Part shown: positions 1 to 9,882 of the stretch, one piece after another | How positions within the stretch are numbered: position 1 is the first letter of the stretch | How the letters are laid out: the number at the start of each line of letters is the position of its first letter | DNA from: Pirellula staleyi DSM 6068 | GTDB taxonomy: Bacteria; Planctomycetota; Planctomycetia; Pirellulales; Pirellulaceae | Direction: 5' to 3' | Length of the DNA stretch: 32,000 bases | Assembly (NCBI GenBank): GCA_000025185.1 | Contig: CP001848.1 | Location: 1,950,001 to 1,982,000, forward strand | Made by a program: the position numbers and the translations under genes | The notes under the pieces: generated by a model | Database searches by the model: none | What the model saw: the letters and a program-made list of their open reading frames with translations, nothing else | What the model was told of the DNA's origin: nothing

Positions 1-834
1 ACCAATCGCTTCGCGGCAGGACTTCAAAATGGCCGTTGCTTTTTCGTCGTTCCAGTCGTGAATGATGTGCTTCAGGAGGTAGAGATCGCCCCCGGTCGGA
101 ACGCTCGCGAAGAAGTTGCCAGCAGCGGTCGATAGCCTGTCGGAGAGTCCGCTGGACTGAATCGCGGAAGCTGCACCCTCGACAACCGACGGCGCATCGA
201 ACACGATCCCACGGACATTTTTATGTTTTTGCAAAATTGCGGTCAGAATCGCCCCGTGGCCACCACCCACGTCGATGATGGTCCCGAACGGGGAGAAGTC
301 GTAGGCTTCGAGCATGGCGCTGGCAGCTCGCTCGGAAAAGCCAGTCATCCCTTCATTGAAGGTCGCTGCTTCTTCGGGATGTTTACCGAGGTAGTCGAAC
401 ACCCCTTCGCCAAACATGCGATCAAATACAGGTTGTCCCGACTTCACCGATGCGGCGAGTTCGCCCCACGGTTTCCAGCTCCAGGGATCGCAAACGTAGG
501 TGGCGATAGGGCGCATCGAGCCGGGAACGTCACTCCGTAGCATCTCTCCGAGTGAAGTGAGCGCGAAACGAGCTTCGTGATCAGCGGTAAGCACATTCAC
601 CCCCACGAGCGCGCGAAGCACGCGGTAGAGATGACCTGCGTGGAGCCCAGTTGCTTCGGCGATCTCGACCGCTGTCATTGGTCCCTTGGCCAGCAAGTCG
701 GCAATGCGATACCGCGCGACCACCGAAATGGCCTGCGTGATTGCCTTGCCAAAAATCATCTGCATCATCAGCGCTTCAGGTGGTGGTCCTGAAGGAGCAT
801 CACCCGTCAATCGCGAGTCAACTTCCTGCGTCAT
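1..834 (-). CDS. Class I SAM-dependent O-methyltransferase (Methyltransf_2/COMT-like with an N-terminal winged-helix dimerisation region). The 3' end runs off the left edge of the window.
   Basis: Absent from the ORF track because there is no stop in the window. My reverse-complement translation from the ATG at 832-834 is open for 278 codons: MTQEVDSRLTGD...VARYRIADLLAKGPMTAVEIAEATGL...GTIIDVGGGHGAILTAILQKHKNVRGIVFDAP...LLKHIIHDWNDEKATAILKSCREAIG. The DVGGGxG SAM-binding motif and the HDWxDE motif are typical of this family. Confidence 0.85.
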   Translation of the reverse strand, partial: MTQEVDSRLTGDAPSGPPPEALMMQMIFGKAITQAISVVARYRIADLLAKGPMTAVEIAEATGLHAGHLYRVLRALVGVNVLTADHEARFALTSLGEMLRSDVPGSMRPIATYVCDPWSWKPWGELAASVKSGQPVFDRMFGEGVFDYLGKHPEEAATFNEGMTGFSERAASAMLEAYDFSPFGTIIDVGGGHGAILTAILQKHKNVRGIVFDAPSVVEGAASAIQSSGLSDRLSTAAGNFFASVPTGGDLYLLKHIIHDWNDEKATAILKSCREAIG

Positions 835-984
835 TCGACATCCTTCGAGAGTGAAATACGGTCTCCTGGGGGCGATCATTTCGAATATCGAAAAGACCGC
901 CAGAGGACAACATTTCTACTATATCGAAAGATGTTTGCGACGCAGGTACAGAGGCCGAACACGATGACGATCGAAGCTCCGAAA

Positions 985-1551
985 CTACTTCTTGGGTGCT
1001 AGCGCTGGCTTGCTCGAGGTGGCTGCTGTCGCTGCTGTTTCGGTAGTTGCAGCAGCTGCTGCCGCCTTGGGCTTATCCTTCGACTTGAGTTCGGCTGCTC
1101 GCGCTTTTCGCTTGGCCGATGCGTCGGCACGCAGCTTTGTCACTTCGGCAAGTTGCTCGGCGGAGAGAACTGCATCGATCTCGGAATCGCGAGTCGCTTG
1201 CATCGATTTGATCTGAGCAGCTAGAGCATCGATTTTGTCGGCGTACTGCTGCTGGATCTTGTAGATCTCGTCGCGCTGATCTTCGCTCACAATGTCTTTG
1301 AAGTAGGCCGGCAATCTCCCTTTGGGAATGGCTGGCAGTTCGGCTGTCGCTGCTGCCGGCGCTTCGGCCGCCCCCTCTTGAGCCACAAGCACGCTCGTGC
1401 TGCAACAAAACGATGTCACGAACCCGACGGCCACGATCATCATCCCGGCCCAGTGACGAAGCGCCTCGGCTGATCGCTTACGAGCATCAATCGCGGCCGA
1501 ATTAGTTAGCATCGCACCCAGGCCCCCATCCACAGCTTGCAAACCCTTCAT
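985..1551 (-). CDS. Hypothetical exported or membrane-anchored coiled-coil protein, possibly Spy/CpxP-like (two LTxxQ-like motifs).
   Basis: 188-aa ORF with a hydrophobic N-terminal segment (WAGMMIVAVGFVTSFCCSTSVLVA). The helical region contains IVSEDQRDEIYKI and VLSAEQLAEVTKL, followed by an Ala/Lys/Thr-rich tail. The start is ambiguous (1551 or the ATG at 1512). The function call is weak. Confidence 0.55.
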   Translation of the reverse strand: MKGLQAVDGGLGAMLTNSAAIDARKRSAEALRHWAGMMIVAVGFVTSFCCSTSVLVAQEGAAEAPAAATAELPAIPKGRLPAYFKDIVSEDQRDEIYKIQQQYADKIDALAAQIKSMQATRDSEIDAVLSAEQLAEVTKLRADASAKRKARAAELKSKDKPKAAAAAATTETAATAATSSKPALAPKK

Positions 1552-1818
1552 AAGTCACCCATGAATCCCCTGATAGAGCTATGAAAAACACCATGGCTAA
1601 TTTAATGCTACTTGTGAGGGGTATTGCAACTCCATTCTGGGAAATCTCGTGGTTTTTTCGAAGAAAGCTGTAAGCAGAGTCTTGCAAATACATTGCGGCG
1701 AATCGTTCGCATCCACGAGGCCAGCAGTGATGGGCGAGGTGCTAAGATAGGCTGCGATGCTTCCCTGCAGCGTTTCTGATTGAACGTTCTAAAACTCTCG
1801 CTCTTTCGGCCCAATACC

Positions 1819-2250
1819 ATGCTTCGGTTTGACTGCGTTATCGAAACCGCACCACTCCCTCGTCGCTATCAAGAGGCGATTGAGCTCGATGGGGTGCGTG
1901 TGGTTCCGGTCGCCAAAGGGGCCGATCAGTCGGCACCGTGGGGAGTCACATTCGATGATGCGGGAGAGCAACTTGCGACGATCGAGCGACTCTATTTTGA
2001 GCCCGATGGTTCCATCGTCTGGGCGAAAGAAGATGAAGCTGGCCAGCGGTGGCAAGTGGATGGCAATCTCTACGACCGTGGTCCCGAACTGGGCTATGTG
2101 CAGTTGATGGGGCGATGTCCGGCAGCAGCGTTCGAGCAACTTCTAAGCGTGCTCGGCTGGCCCGAGGCTCCTCTGGTGTTTCAGTTGCCAAGAGCGGGTG
2201 TGGTGCTTGAGTATGACGAGTTTATGAAGTGGGCGCGGCGCGAAGGCTGA
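1819..2250 (+). CDS. Hypothetical protein (143 aa), no recognisable domain.
   Basis: The ORF-track ORF 1780-2250 begins with TTG. The first ATG is at 1819 (MLRFDCVIETAPL...). It is divergent from 985-1551 and convergent with the ABC permease. There is no motif I recognise. Confidence 0.5.
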   Translation: MLRFDCVIETAPLPRRYQEAIELDGVRVVPVAKGADQSAPWGVTFDDAGEQLATIERLYFEPDGSIVWAKEDEAGQRWQVDGNLYDRGPELGYVQLMGRCPAAAFEQLLSVLGWPEAPLVFQLPRAGVVLEYDEFMKWARREG

Positions 2251-2274
2251 TAGTTTTATGCGCTGCGTTTGACT

Positions 2275-4473
2275 TCATGTCTCAGAGACCGCAGCCGTAG
2301 TGGATGACGCGGGGAGTGAAGGTGTGTTTCGGCGTGTGGAGAGCCACAGCAGCACGCCGCCGAGCATCGCCACAGTAGCGGCTAGGACGAGCCACATTGT
2401 GGGGAGCGTTTCCGCCTGAGAATCGGGTAGCCACTGCGCCGCAACAAGCTCGGTTTTGTAGTACCCCATGAGGACGACGATGCCGTTGTGCATCACGTGG
2501 ATCAGCATGCCTGGAAGCACACTGCCGCTGCGCCAAGCAACGCCTCCCAGGACCACTCCGAGCAGCATGCTGGAAAGAACGCGATCGACTGCTACCACGC
2601 CTCCCACCGAAAGGTGAAACAGCCCGAACGCCAGACTTGTTGCGCCGATGGCGAGAGGGGCCGAGAGTCGATGGCGACATGCGCCGAGCAAATAGCCGCG
2701 AAAGAACCATTCCTCGCAAATGCCGGGAACGACGGCGATGGCAAGCACGATAGCCATGGCGGGAAGCTTGCGCCAGGCATCGAGCGCGCCTGTGAGTTTG
2801 TCGGCGAGCATTTTGAGTTGATCGTCGGAAATGCTCGAAAATCCGCGATTGCGAACTTCGAGCATCAGCTGCGATGCCAAAGGCCAGAGCGAAATGCCAA
2901 GTAGAATCGCAGCCACCCACACCAGTGGCGTGACGCGGTGAATCTGAAATCCGCTCCGCAGCTGAACGCTGGAAACAACCGCCAGCAGGAGTGGTACCAT
3001 CGCAAACACAGCGATGGTGATGAGACTGCTCGCCAGGAGTTGCACAGGCATCGAGCTCTCGCGAAAGAGTGCAACGACACCATTGCCCAGGAAGTAGCAG
3101 GGATAGACGATCGCGACGCTCATCGCTGCGGCCACAATCGTGGGGGATGTTCGCGGCGTGAGTGGTTTGGCAAAGAGGTCGCTCCACGAACCGCTACTTC
3201 CGTACAAAATCGCGTCGCTTCCAAAAATTCGTGCGGCGAGTGCCAAAGCGGCGATGGCGTAGAGTACGGTGGAAAAAACAGCGACCGTCGCGCCAAAGGG
3301 TTCGGCTGTTCCTGCCAGAACATCGCGAGCCAGCAGCACCATGTTGGCAAGTGGCGTGACTGTCAGAATTCCTTCGAGTCGCATGCCGGGCATGAGGCTC
3401 ACAAAACCTGGTCCCAGGGAAATGAGCATCAGCGGAATGAGATAGGCTTGGGCTTCTTTGAAGCTTCGCGCGAAGCTGGTGAGGGTCAGCAGTAGTGCGG
3501 AAAAGAATGCGGCAAAAAGGAGCAGCAGCGCTAGTAGCTGCACGACGAGACTCAGCGTGATTCCTCCCTCGCCGACCAGTGCCGTAGCAAGGCCTGTGCT
3601 GGTGAGGGTGACGGTCATGGCGAGCAGATTCACAGCGGCAGTGAGCATCGCCACGGTGACGACAGCGACGTATTTGGCTGCCAAGAGTCGAAAGCGAGGT
3701 ACCGGCGCTGCCATCAGCGACTCGAGCGTACCACGTTCTCGTTCGCCAGCGGTCAAGTCGATAGCCGGGTAAACGGCGCCGGTAATGGTCATCAGAATCA
3801 AGATTAGCGGAACGATGCTGGCGAGCTGAACGCCACTTTTAGCTTGCGACTCGATCGCAGTGAACTCATAGCTGATTTTATTATTCGTCGGTGACGCAAC
3901 CGCGCGGAGTCGCGACTTCAAATCGGCCAGGTTGGCCGCTTCGAGCCGTTCTTCGATGAAACTGGCGAGCTGACTCGAGAGAGGTGTTTCGCTGCGATAT
4001 TTGAGGATGATTTTGGCAGGATCGCCCGGGTCGCGCGCGACAATCAGATCCATATCGAGCGCTTCGAGCGACGATTGCAGTTGCTTGGGATCGGGAGCGA
4101 CAAACCACTGGATGTCGGTCACTTTACGCGCGGTCGGATCGACTAAGGGGGTGGTTGTATTGTCGCTCTCTGCCTCGCTCTTGGTCCGCAGCGCCTTATC
4201 CCCCTCAACCACCCAGCGCTGCAAGTCCTCCACGAGTTGTTCATCGGCCGAACCGACGTGCCAGCGAATTTTGCTGAGACTCGAGGCACTGCTGAACAGA
4301 AACTGCTGCAGTCCCAAGCTCAGAAGTGGATAGACCAGCAGTGGCATGAGTACCAAGGTGACAATCGTGCGACGATCGCGCAACGTCTCGCGCAGTTCCT
4401 TGCGCGCCAGTCGCCACCAACGGATTTGCTGCGTCCGTGGAGCAGGGGTCGTGTTGCCAGGCATGCGGTTCAT
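2275..4473 (-). CDS. Fusion protein: NatB-like ABC-2 transporter permease (N-terminal ~430 aa) joined to a CPBP/CAAX-type intramembrane glutamic protease domain (C-terminal ~250 aa).
   Basis: 732-aa polytopic ORF. The N-terminal half has the ABC-2/NatB hallmark [28 protein letters not shown] after a large extracytoplasmic loop. The C-terminal half carries all three CPBP motifs: EEWFFRGY (codons near 2713-2718), FGLFH (near 2616) and HVMHN (near 2490). The start codon overlaps the stop of the upstream ATPase (ATGA at 4470-4473). Confidence 0.85.
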   Translation of the reverse strand: MNRMPGNTTPAPRTQQIRWWRLARKELRETLRDRRTIVTLVLMPLLVYPLLSLGLQQFLFSSASSLSKIRWHVGSADEQLVEDLQRWVVEGDKALRTKSEAESDNTTTPLVDPTARKVTDIQWFVAPDPKQLQSSLEALDMDLIVARDPGDPAKIILKYRSETPLSSQLASFIEERLEAANLADLKSRLRAVASPTNNKISYEFTAIESQAKSGVQLASIVPLILILMTITGAVYPAIDLTAGERERGTLESLMAAPVPRFRLLAAKYVAVVTVAMLTAAVNLLAMTVTLTSTGLATALVGEGGITLSLVVQLLALLLLFAAFFSALLLTLTSFARSFKEAQAYLIPLMLISLGPGFVSLMPGMRLEGILTVTPLANMVLLARDVLAGTAEPFGATVAVFSTVLYAIAALALAARIFGSDAILYGSSGSWSDLFAKPLTPRTSPTIVAAAMSVAIVYPCYFLGNGVVALFRESSMPVQLLASSLITIAVFAMVPLLLAVVSSVQLRSGFQIHRVTPLVWVAAILLGISLWPLASQLMLEVRNRGFSSISDDQLKMLADKLTGALDAWRKLPAMAIVLAIAVVPGICEEWFFRGYLLGACRHRLSAPLAIGATSLAFGLFHLSVGGVVAVDRVLSSMLLGVVLGGVAWRSGSVLPGMLIHVMHNGIVVLMGYYKTELVAAQWLPDSQAETLPTMWLVLAATVAMLGGVLLWLSTRRNTPSLPASSTTAAVSET

Positions 4474-5225
4474 GCTGCGTCCTCGCTGGGATCGGTCGTG
4501 GTATCGAGTCCCGCGAGGAACATCTCGGTGAGTGTGCGCTGTCCGGTGGCCGCCTGCAGATCAGCCAGGGTCCCTTCGTGCATCATCTTGCCCCGATTGA
4601 GGAGACCAAAGCGGCTGCAAAAACGCTCTGCTTCGTCAAGACGATGGGTGCTGACAATCACCGCCTTGCCTTGCGTTCGGGCAGTGGCGATGAAATCGAA
4701 AATCACTTTGCTTCCAATGACATCGAGGCCACGCGTTGGCTCATCGAGCAGCAGAACGGGTGGATCATGCACGAGTGAACGAGCAAGATTCACACGCTGC
4801 TTTTGGCCGGTGCTGAGCGTTGCGCAGCGCTGATCGACAAATCGCTCGAGCGACAAAAGCTTGGTCAAATCTTCTACGCGTTTCGCGGCGAAATCATCGG
4901 AGAGTCCGTAGAGATCGGCGAAAAAATGGAGCATTTCTCGCGGCGTGAGCCACTGATAGAGACCGGCCGATGTCGAGACAAGTCCCACACGGGCCTTTAC
5001 TTCATCGGGAGAGTTGCTCGTCCGAAAACCATCGACCTCGGCATAGCCGCTCGTTGGTTCGAGCAATCCGAGGATCATGCGCAGTGTGGTGGTTTTGCCA
5101 GCTCCGTTTTCGCCGAGAAGCCCGTAAGCTTCGCCCGATTCAACGCGAAAACTGAGGCTATCGACGGCTAAAACTTCCGACTGGCCTTGAGAGAATCGTC
5201 GTGTGAGTTCGACCACCGAGATCAT
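4470..5225 (-). CDS. ABC transporter ATP-binding protein (NatA-like).
   Basis: 251 aa with Walker [13 protein letters not shown] signature LSTGQKQRV, Walker B VLLLDEP and an H-loop STHRLDE. A 4-nt overlap with the downstream permease indicates translational coupling. Confidence 0.92.
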   Translation of the reverse strand: MISVVELTRRFSQGQSEVLAVDSLSFRVESGEAYGLLGENGAGKTTTLRMILGLLEPTSGYAEVDGFRTSNSPDEVKARVGLVSTSAGLYQWLTPREMLHFFADLYGLSDDFAAKRVEDLTKLLSLERFVDQRCATLSTGQKQRVNLARSLVHDPPVLLLDEPTRGLDVIGSKVIFDFIATARTQGKAVIVSTHRLDEAERFCSRFGLLNRGKMMHEGTLADLQAATGQRTLTEMFLAGLDTTTDPSEDAA

Positions 5226-5376
5226 GCGCGTAGGTCTACTTTCGAAGCTCGGAAATGTCGCAGAGAAGAAGAGTTGCCGAGCTGATGAGGAGAGAACGGT
5301 CGAGCCACCCTACATCGCTCGACCGCGCTTCGCGATAAACTAGGCACTTCCGTATCCTCTAAGATTTTCAGGCAGT

Positions 5377-6201
5377 ATGCCAGACGACATCCCAAGCTTT
5401 GCGATCCTTGCCGCAATACTCCTCGTGGGGAGCGTGCTGCAAGGAATGATTGGATTTGCGTCGGCCCTGCTCGGCACGCCGCTGTTTCTGCTCGCCGGGG
5501 TGACACTTCCCCAGGCGGTGGCCATTAATCTGATCGCCTCGACCGTTCAAAACGTAACCGCTGCTTGGAAGATGCGCCGCGAGATCGATTTTCGTGGGGC
5601 GCGGCGACCCGCCCTGCTCCGCTTAGTCACGCTTCCCCTGGGTGCACTCTGTTTATATCTGGTCGGCAAGAGCACCAGTCAAACAGCCTCGATCATGGTG
5701 GGATTGATCGTGCTGACGGTGCTCGTGGTGCAGACAGCGGTGCGCGTGAAGCCGCGCGACCATTGGCATGCAGGCTGGGAGTTTTTGACGTTTCTCTCCA
5801 GCGGATTCTTGCTGGGACTTTGCGGCATGGGAGGCCCACCAGTGGTGCTGTGGGTGCTTGCTCACCGCTGGGAAGCGCAACGATCAAAAGCGTTTCTGTT
5901 TTTTATCTTCGCCAGCGGTATGTTGCCTCAAGCGATTTGCCTCGCCCTGTTTTTTGGCTGGCCTATCATTGAAGCGATGGGAGTTGGGTTGCTCGGAATA
6001 CCGATTCTGCTGCTGGGAACCCTAATGGGTCTGAAACTCGGGGCACTTATCCCAGCACATGTGGTTCGCCCCTTGAGCACTCTTGTGCTGGCGGCTGTCG
6101 CGATCTCGGCAATCGCGTGGCCTCTTTCGAGCATGCTTGGACAGCCGGCGAAATCCAAGGTTTCACAGCCGGCGACTAGCAATCTTGGTGAACCGAAGTA
6201 A
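5377..6201 (+). CDS. TauE/SafE (DUF81) family anion-exporter-like membrane protein.
   Basis: 274-aa polytopic membrane ORF. The N-terminus LLVGSVLQGMIGFASALLGTPLFLLAG and the internal repeat LLGLCGMGGPPVVLW match the two-repeat TauE/SafE pattern. Confidence 0.8.
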   Translation: MPDDIPSFAILAAILLVGSVLQGMIGFASALLGTPLFLLAGVTLPQAVAINLIASTVQNVTAAWKMRREIDFRGARRPALLRLVTLPLGALCLYLVGKSTSQTASIMVGLIVLTVLVVQTAVRVKPRDHWHAGWEFLTFLSSGFLLGLCGMGGPPVVLWVLAHRWEAQRSKAFLFFIFASGMLPQAICLALFFGWPIIEAMGVGLLGIPILLLGTLMGLKLGALIPAHVVRPLSTLVLAAVAISAIAWPLSSMLGQPAKSKVSQPATSNLGEPK

Positions 6202-6213
6202 ATCGGGCCGCGC

Positions 6214-7869
6214 TTAAGAGTTCACCGTCGAGCGGGGACCAGCCGCGAGCACGTCGGGAGTCGCTTCGGAGGCATAGTTCGCAAAGTTCTTTTGAAACAG
6301 CTCGGATAAGTGAGCGGCTGTCGAGTCGTACGCGGCAGGGTCACTCCAGGTTCCGCGCGGCTGCAGGATTTCATCGGGAACACCGGGGCACGATGTCGGA
6401 ATCGCGAGTCCAAACACGGGCTCGATCTGCGTTGGGACTTGGGTGAGCGTGCCATCGTGAATCGCATCGATCATCGCGCGGGTGTAGCCCAGTTTCATGC
6501 GATCGCCGGTGCCGTAGGGGCCACCAGTCCAGCCGGTGTTGATGAGCCAAGCATCGGCCTGATGATGCTGCATCTTATCGGACAAGAGACGTGCATAGAC
6601 CATCGGGTGACGCACGAGAAATGCCGCGCCATAGCAGGCCGAGAACGTAGCTTCCGGTTCTTTCACCCCCTGCTCGGTTCCCGCCACTTTGGCTGTGTAG
6701 CCACTGATGAAGTGATACATCGCCTGGGTCGATGTGAGCTTGCTGACGGGTGGCAAAACGCCAAACGCGTCGCACGTGAGGAAGATGATGTTGCGCGGAT
6801 GTCCACCCACGCAAGGGAGCTTGGCATTGGGAATGAACTCGATGGGATAGCTCGCACGCGTGTTCTCGGTGAGGCGATGATCGGCATAATCGACCAGTCG
6901 CGATTCGTCGTGATAGCCCACATTCTCGAGCACTGTGCCAAAGCGAATCGCCGCGAAAATCTCGGGCTCTTTTTGTGGTGAGAGGTTGATGCATTTGGCA
7001 TAGCAGCCTCCCTCGATGTTGAATACGCCGGTGTCGGTCCAGCAGTGTTCGTCGTCGCCAATCAAGTGACGACGAGGATCGGCCGAGAGGGTTGTTTTGC
7101 CCGTTCCCGAGAGCCCGAAGAAGAGCGAAACATCACCAGCATCTCCTTCGTTGGCCGAGCAATGCATCGAGAGGACGCCCCGTTTGGGCATCAAATAATG
7201 CATGATGGTGAAGACACCTTTTTTCATCTCGCCAGCGTACTGAGTGCCGAGGATGACGAACTCCCCTGTCTCGAAGTTCAGGCTCACGCTGGTCTCGCTC
7301 GAGATCCCTTCGACCTCTGGATCGGCCGGAAAACTGCCAGCGTTGAAAATCACATAGTCGGGTTTGTCGAACGTTTCGAGTTCCGCTTCGGTCGGGCGGA
7401 TCAGCATGTTCTGCATGAAGAGGGCATGGTAGGGGCGCGAGCAGACCACGCGAATTTTGAGGCGGTGGGCTGGGTCCCAGCCGGCAAATCCATCGATCAC
7501 ATAGATGTGTGGGCAGCGATTCAGGAAGTCGATGGCCCGTTTGCGATTGACGCGAAACGACTGCGTGCTGAGTGGGATGTTGACGTTGCCCCACCAAATG
7601 TCGTCTTTGCTGGTCGGTTCTTCGACGATGCGCTTGTCTTTGGGACAGCGTCCGGTCTTTTCGTGGCTTTGCGCGATGATGGCACCGCTCGAAGAGATCA
7701 CCCCTTCGTCGTAGCGGAGTGCTTCCTCATAGAGCCTTGCAGGCGCTGGATTACGAAGCACGCCACGGGCAAAAATTCCATACTCGAGCAGATCGATGCG
7801 ATGCGCGGCCACGAGAGCAAACTCCTTTAGCAAACAGAAGCTCATGCTGCGACTCACCGGCGGCATCAA
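6214..7869 (-). CDS. pckA: Phosphoenolpyruvate carboxykinase (ATP).
   Basis: 551-aa ORF with the kinase-1a loop FFGLSGTGKTTLSADP, plus IGDDEHCW, YHFISGYTAKVAGTE and other PEPCK-ATP blocks. The true start may be the internal ATG at 7845 rather than 7869. Confidence 0.92.
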   Translation of the reverse strand: MMPPVSRSMSFCLLKEFALVAAHRIDLLEYGIFARGVLRNPAPARLYEEALRYDEGVISSSGAIIAQSHEKTGRCPKDKRIVEEPTSKDDIWWGNVNIPLSTQSFRVNRKRAIDFLNRCPHIYVIDGFAGWDPAHRLKIRVVCSRPYHALFMQNMLIRPTEAELETFDKPDYVIFNAGSFPADPEVEGISSETSVSLNFETGEFVILGTQYAGEMKKGVFTIMHYLMPKRGVLSMHCSANEGDAGDVSLFFGLSGTGKTTLSADPRRHLIGDDEHCWTDTGVFNIEGGCYAKCINLSPQKEPEIFAAIRFGTVLENVGYHDESRLVDYADHRLTENTRASYPIEFIPNAKLPCVGGHPRNIIFLTCDAFGVLPPVSKLTSTQAMYHFISGYTAKVAGTEQGVKEPEATFSACYGAAFLVRHPMVYARLLSDKMQHHQADAWLINTGWTGGPYGTGDRMKLGYTRAMIDAIHDGTLTQVPTQIEPVFGLAIPTSCPGVPDEILQPRGTWSDPAAYDSTAAHLSELFQKNFANYASEATPDVLAAGPRSTVNS

Positions 7870-7921
7870 TGCAGCCCGGAAAGCTTGTCAGCAGAGCGAA
7901 AATAGTCTCACTCCTTCGAGC

Positions 7922-7951
7922 GAGCAGGCTTGAGTCAATTCGAGCCTGCTC
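7922..7951. promoter_or_regulatory. Perfect 9-bp inverted repeat GAGCAGGCT-N12-AGCCTGCTC in the pckA / response-regulator divergent intergenic region.
   Basis: Read directly: arm 7922-7930 gagcaggct, arm 7943-7951 agcctgctc. It lies about 55-80 nt upstream of the pckA start. It could be an operator or an RNA hairpin in the pckA leader. Confidence 0.3.
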
Positions 7952-8401
7952 ACAACCAGCGGGGGGTCCGCCTTCCCCAGTGGCTCTTGCGAGACCGGTC
8001 CAGCGGAGCAGTTCCCACGGAATCGCCCTGACAGACCAGCCCTCTGAGCATAGTGGTATGCAAAGAGGATGCCAACGTGGGGAAGTCGTTGCACTTCACA
8101 CTCGGCTGATACTTGCGGCAGATTCTCCGCCACGAAGTGTCGAAAGCTGCAGGATTCTGTCTCTTGGAGGGCACTGACTGCACGGAAGTGGTCAGCCGAA
8201 AGCTCCCCTCGCATTGCCTAGCCATTCTCGGTACCCGCGAGACACGTTCGGTCATAACGGTTGTTCCTGGTGGGCAAGGGGCGGTGAGATTTCCTGCAAA
8301 GGGCTCCTGGAATCTGCCGAATGAACCGAGCGTAGGAAACACTACCTGATGCCGACGGAGCGGCGAGACGTCCCACCTCTCACGGGGAGCGATCGCTGCG
8401 A

Positions 8402-8911
8402 ATGCAAAGCTTTGCCAATGAACCCGCTGTGATTTTGATCATCGATCACGATCCACTCACCCTCACCGGTATGGCAGCAGTGCTGAGCATGGCAGGCTAC
8501 GAATGCCACTGCGCTCAAGACTCTGCTGCTGCTATCAAGGCTGCACAGACCCTGCCCCTCGACCTGATCATCAGCGATGTGATGATCGGCAGCGACAGTG
8601 GACTCGCCTTATGCCAGAAAATGCGTCAGATGCCCGGCGTGCAAGATGTGCCGCTGATGTTCATCTCGTCGTCGCAAGGGCCCGATATCGTGCGTCGATC
8701 GCACGAAGCTGGTGGCGCCTACTACCTCCGGAAGCCGTTCGATCCCGAAGTGCTCATCGAACTTGTCGCCAAAGCGCTTTGGATGCCGCATCTCATCCAG
8801 TCGAAAGTGGCCAAGGTTCAGGCTGGTCGTCAGCAGATTCCGGCAGCCCCCAAACTGTTTTCCACCTACGAGGCCATCACTGGCATTCGAATGCAAACGG
8901 TGAAGTCGTAG
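8402..8911 (+). CDS. Single-domain response regulator (CheY-like receiver with a ~45-aa C-terminal extension, no output domain).
   Basis: 169 aa with VILIIDHDP (acidic pocket), LDLIISDVMIG (phospho-acceptor Asp), PLMFISSS (Ser/Thr position) and YYLRKPF (conserved Lys-Pro). Confidence 0.8.
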   Translation: MQSFANEPAVILIIDHDPLTLTGMAAVLSMAGYECHCAQDSAAAIKAAQTLPLDLIISDVMIGSDSGLALCQKMRQMPGVQDVPLMFISSSQGPDIVRRSHEAGGAYYLRKPFDPEVLIELVAKALWMPHLIQSKVAKVQAGRQQIPAAPKLFSTYEAITGIRMQTVKS

Positions 8912-9009
8912 AGCGACATCCCACCGCAGATCGCAGTAACACTCGCGCTGGAGTACGAACATCTCGAGCGCGAGGAGTGACGTGAAGGACCGCAAAACAC
9001 TCGTTCGAA

Positions 9010-9792
9010 ATGGAATTGGCGATGGCCTTTCAAAGCCTCGATCCGGTGAAGATCATCGAAACGGCCGACACGCTCACGAAACGCGTGGAAGAGCGTTTTC
9101 CGAAGTCGGGGCTGGCACAAGTATCGAATCAACTCTTGGCGATTAGTCAGCAGGCTCAGGCACGAAGCGAGTGGATCGCGCGCCCCCTCATCTGGCTGCG
9201 TATTCTCACGGTGGTGATCGTTTCGGTCGTCGTTGGCGGGCTCCTGGCTGCCATTATCACGGCCGAGATTCCCAAAGATCGTTTCGAGATCGACGATCTA
9301 CTGCAAATCACCGAAGCGGGCATCAACGATGTGGTGCTCATCGGAGCCGCTATCTTTTTTCTGATCACAATGGAGCGACGCATCAAACGTGGCCGGGCCT
9401 TGGCCGCGATTCACGAACTGCGCGCCATCGCTCACATCATCGACATGCATCAGCTCACGAAAGATCCCGAGCGGATCTTGCGTCCCCGCGAAACGACTGA
9501 GCATTCGCCGAAGCAGAACCTATCGCTGTTTCTCTTGCGGCGGTATCTCGATTATTGCAGCGAAATGCTCTCGCTGACGGGCAAAATAGCCGCGCTCTAT
9601 GTGCAGCGGTTCGACGACGATGTGTCGCTCGATGCCGCCAGTGAAGTGGAAGATCTTTCGACCGGTTTGTCGCAGAAAATCTGGCAAAAGATCATGATTT
9701 TGCACTCGTTCGAGAACACCAGCATCCCGAGTGGTGGGATGACAGCGACGGTCAGCAGCACGGGAGTGACGCCGCCGACAAGCAGCGCGTGA
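9010..9792 (+). CDS. Hypothetical 2-TM membrane protein, no recognisable domain.
   Basis: 260-aa ORF with two hydrophobic helices (LIWLRILTVVIVSVVVGGLLAAII and VVLIGAAIFFLI). A soluble helical C-terminal part ends in a Ser/Thr/Pro tail. It is co-directional with the response regulator (98-bp gap) and MoxR (90-bp gap). Confidence 0.6.
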   Translation: MELAMAFQSLDPVKIIETADTLTKRVEERFPKSGLAQVSNQLLAISQQAQARSEWIARPLIWLRILTVVIVSVVVGGLLAAIITAEIPKDRFEIDDLLQITEAGINDVVLIGAAIFFLITMERRIKRGRALAAIHELRAIAHIIDMHQLTKDPERILRPRETTEHSPKQNLSLFLLRRYLDYCSEMLSLTGKIAALYVQRFDDDVSLDAASEVEDLSTGLSQKIWQKIMILHSFENTSIPSGGMTATVSSTGVTPPTSSA

Positions 9793-9882
9793 GTCGGGGG
9801 CGTGCATCTGCTAGAGTAAAGGTGCCCCTTGGCAATGGGCCCACGGAATTGGGGACTTTAGGAAGAGCGAAACGGACAGCGT

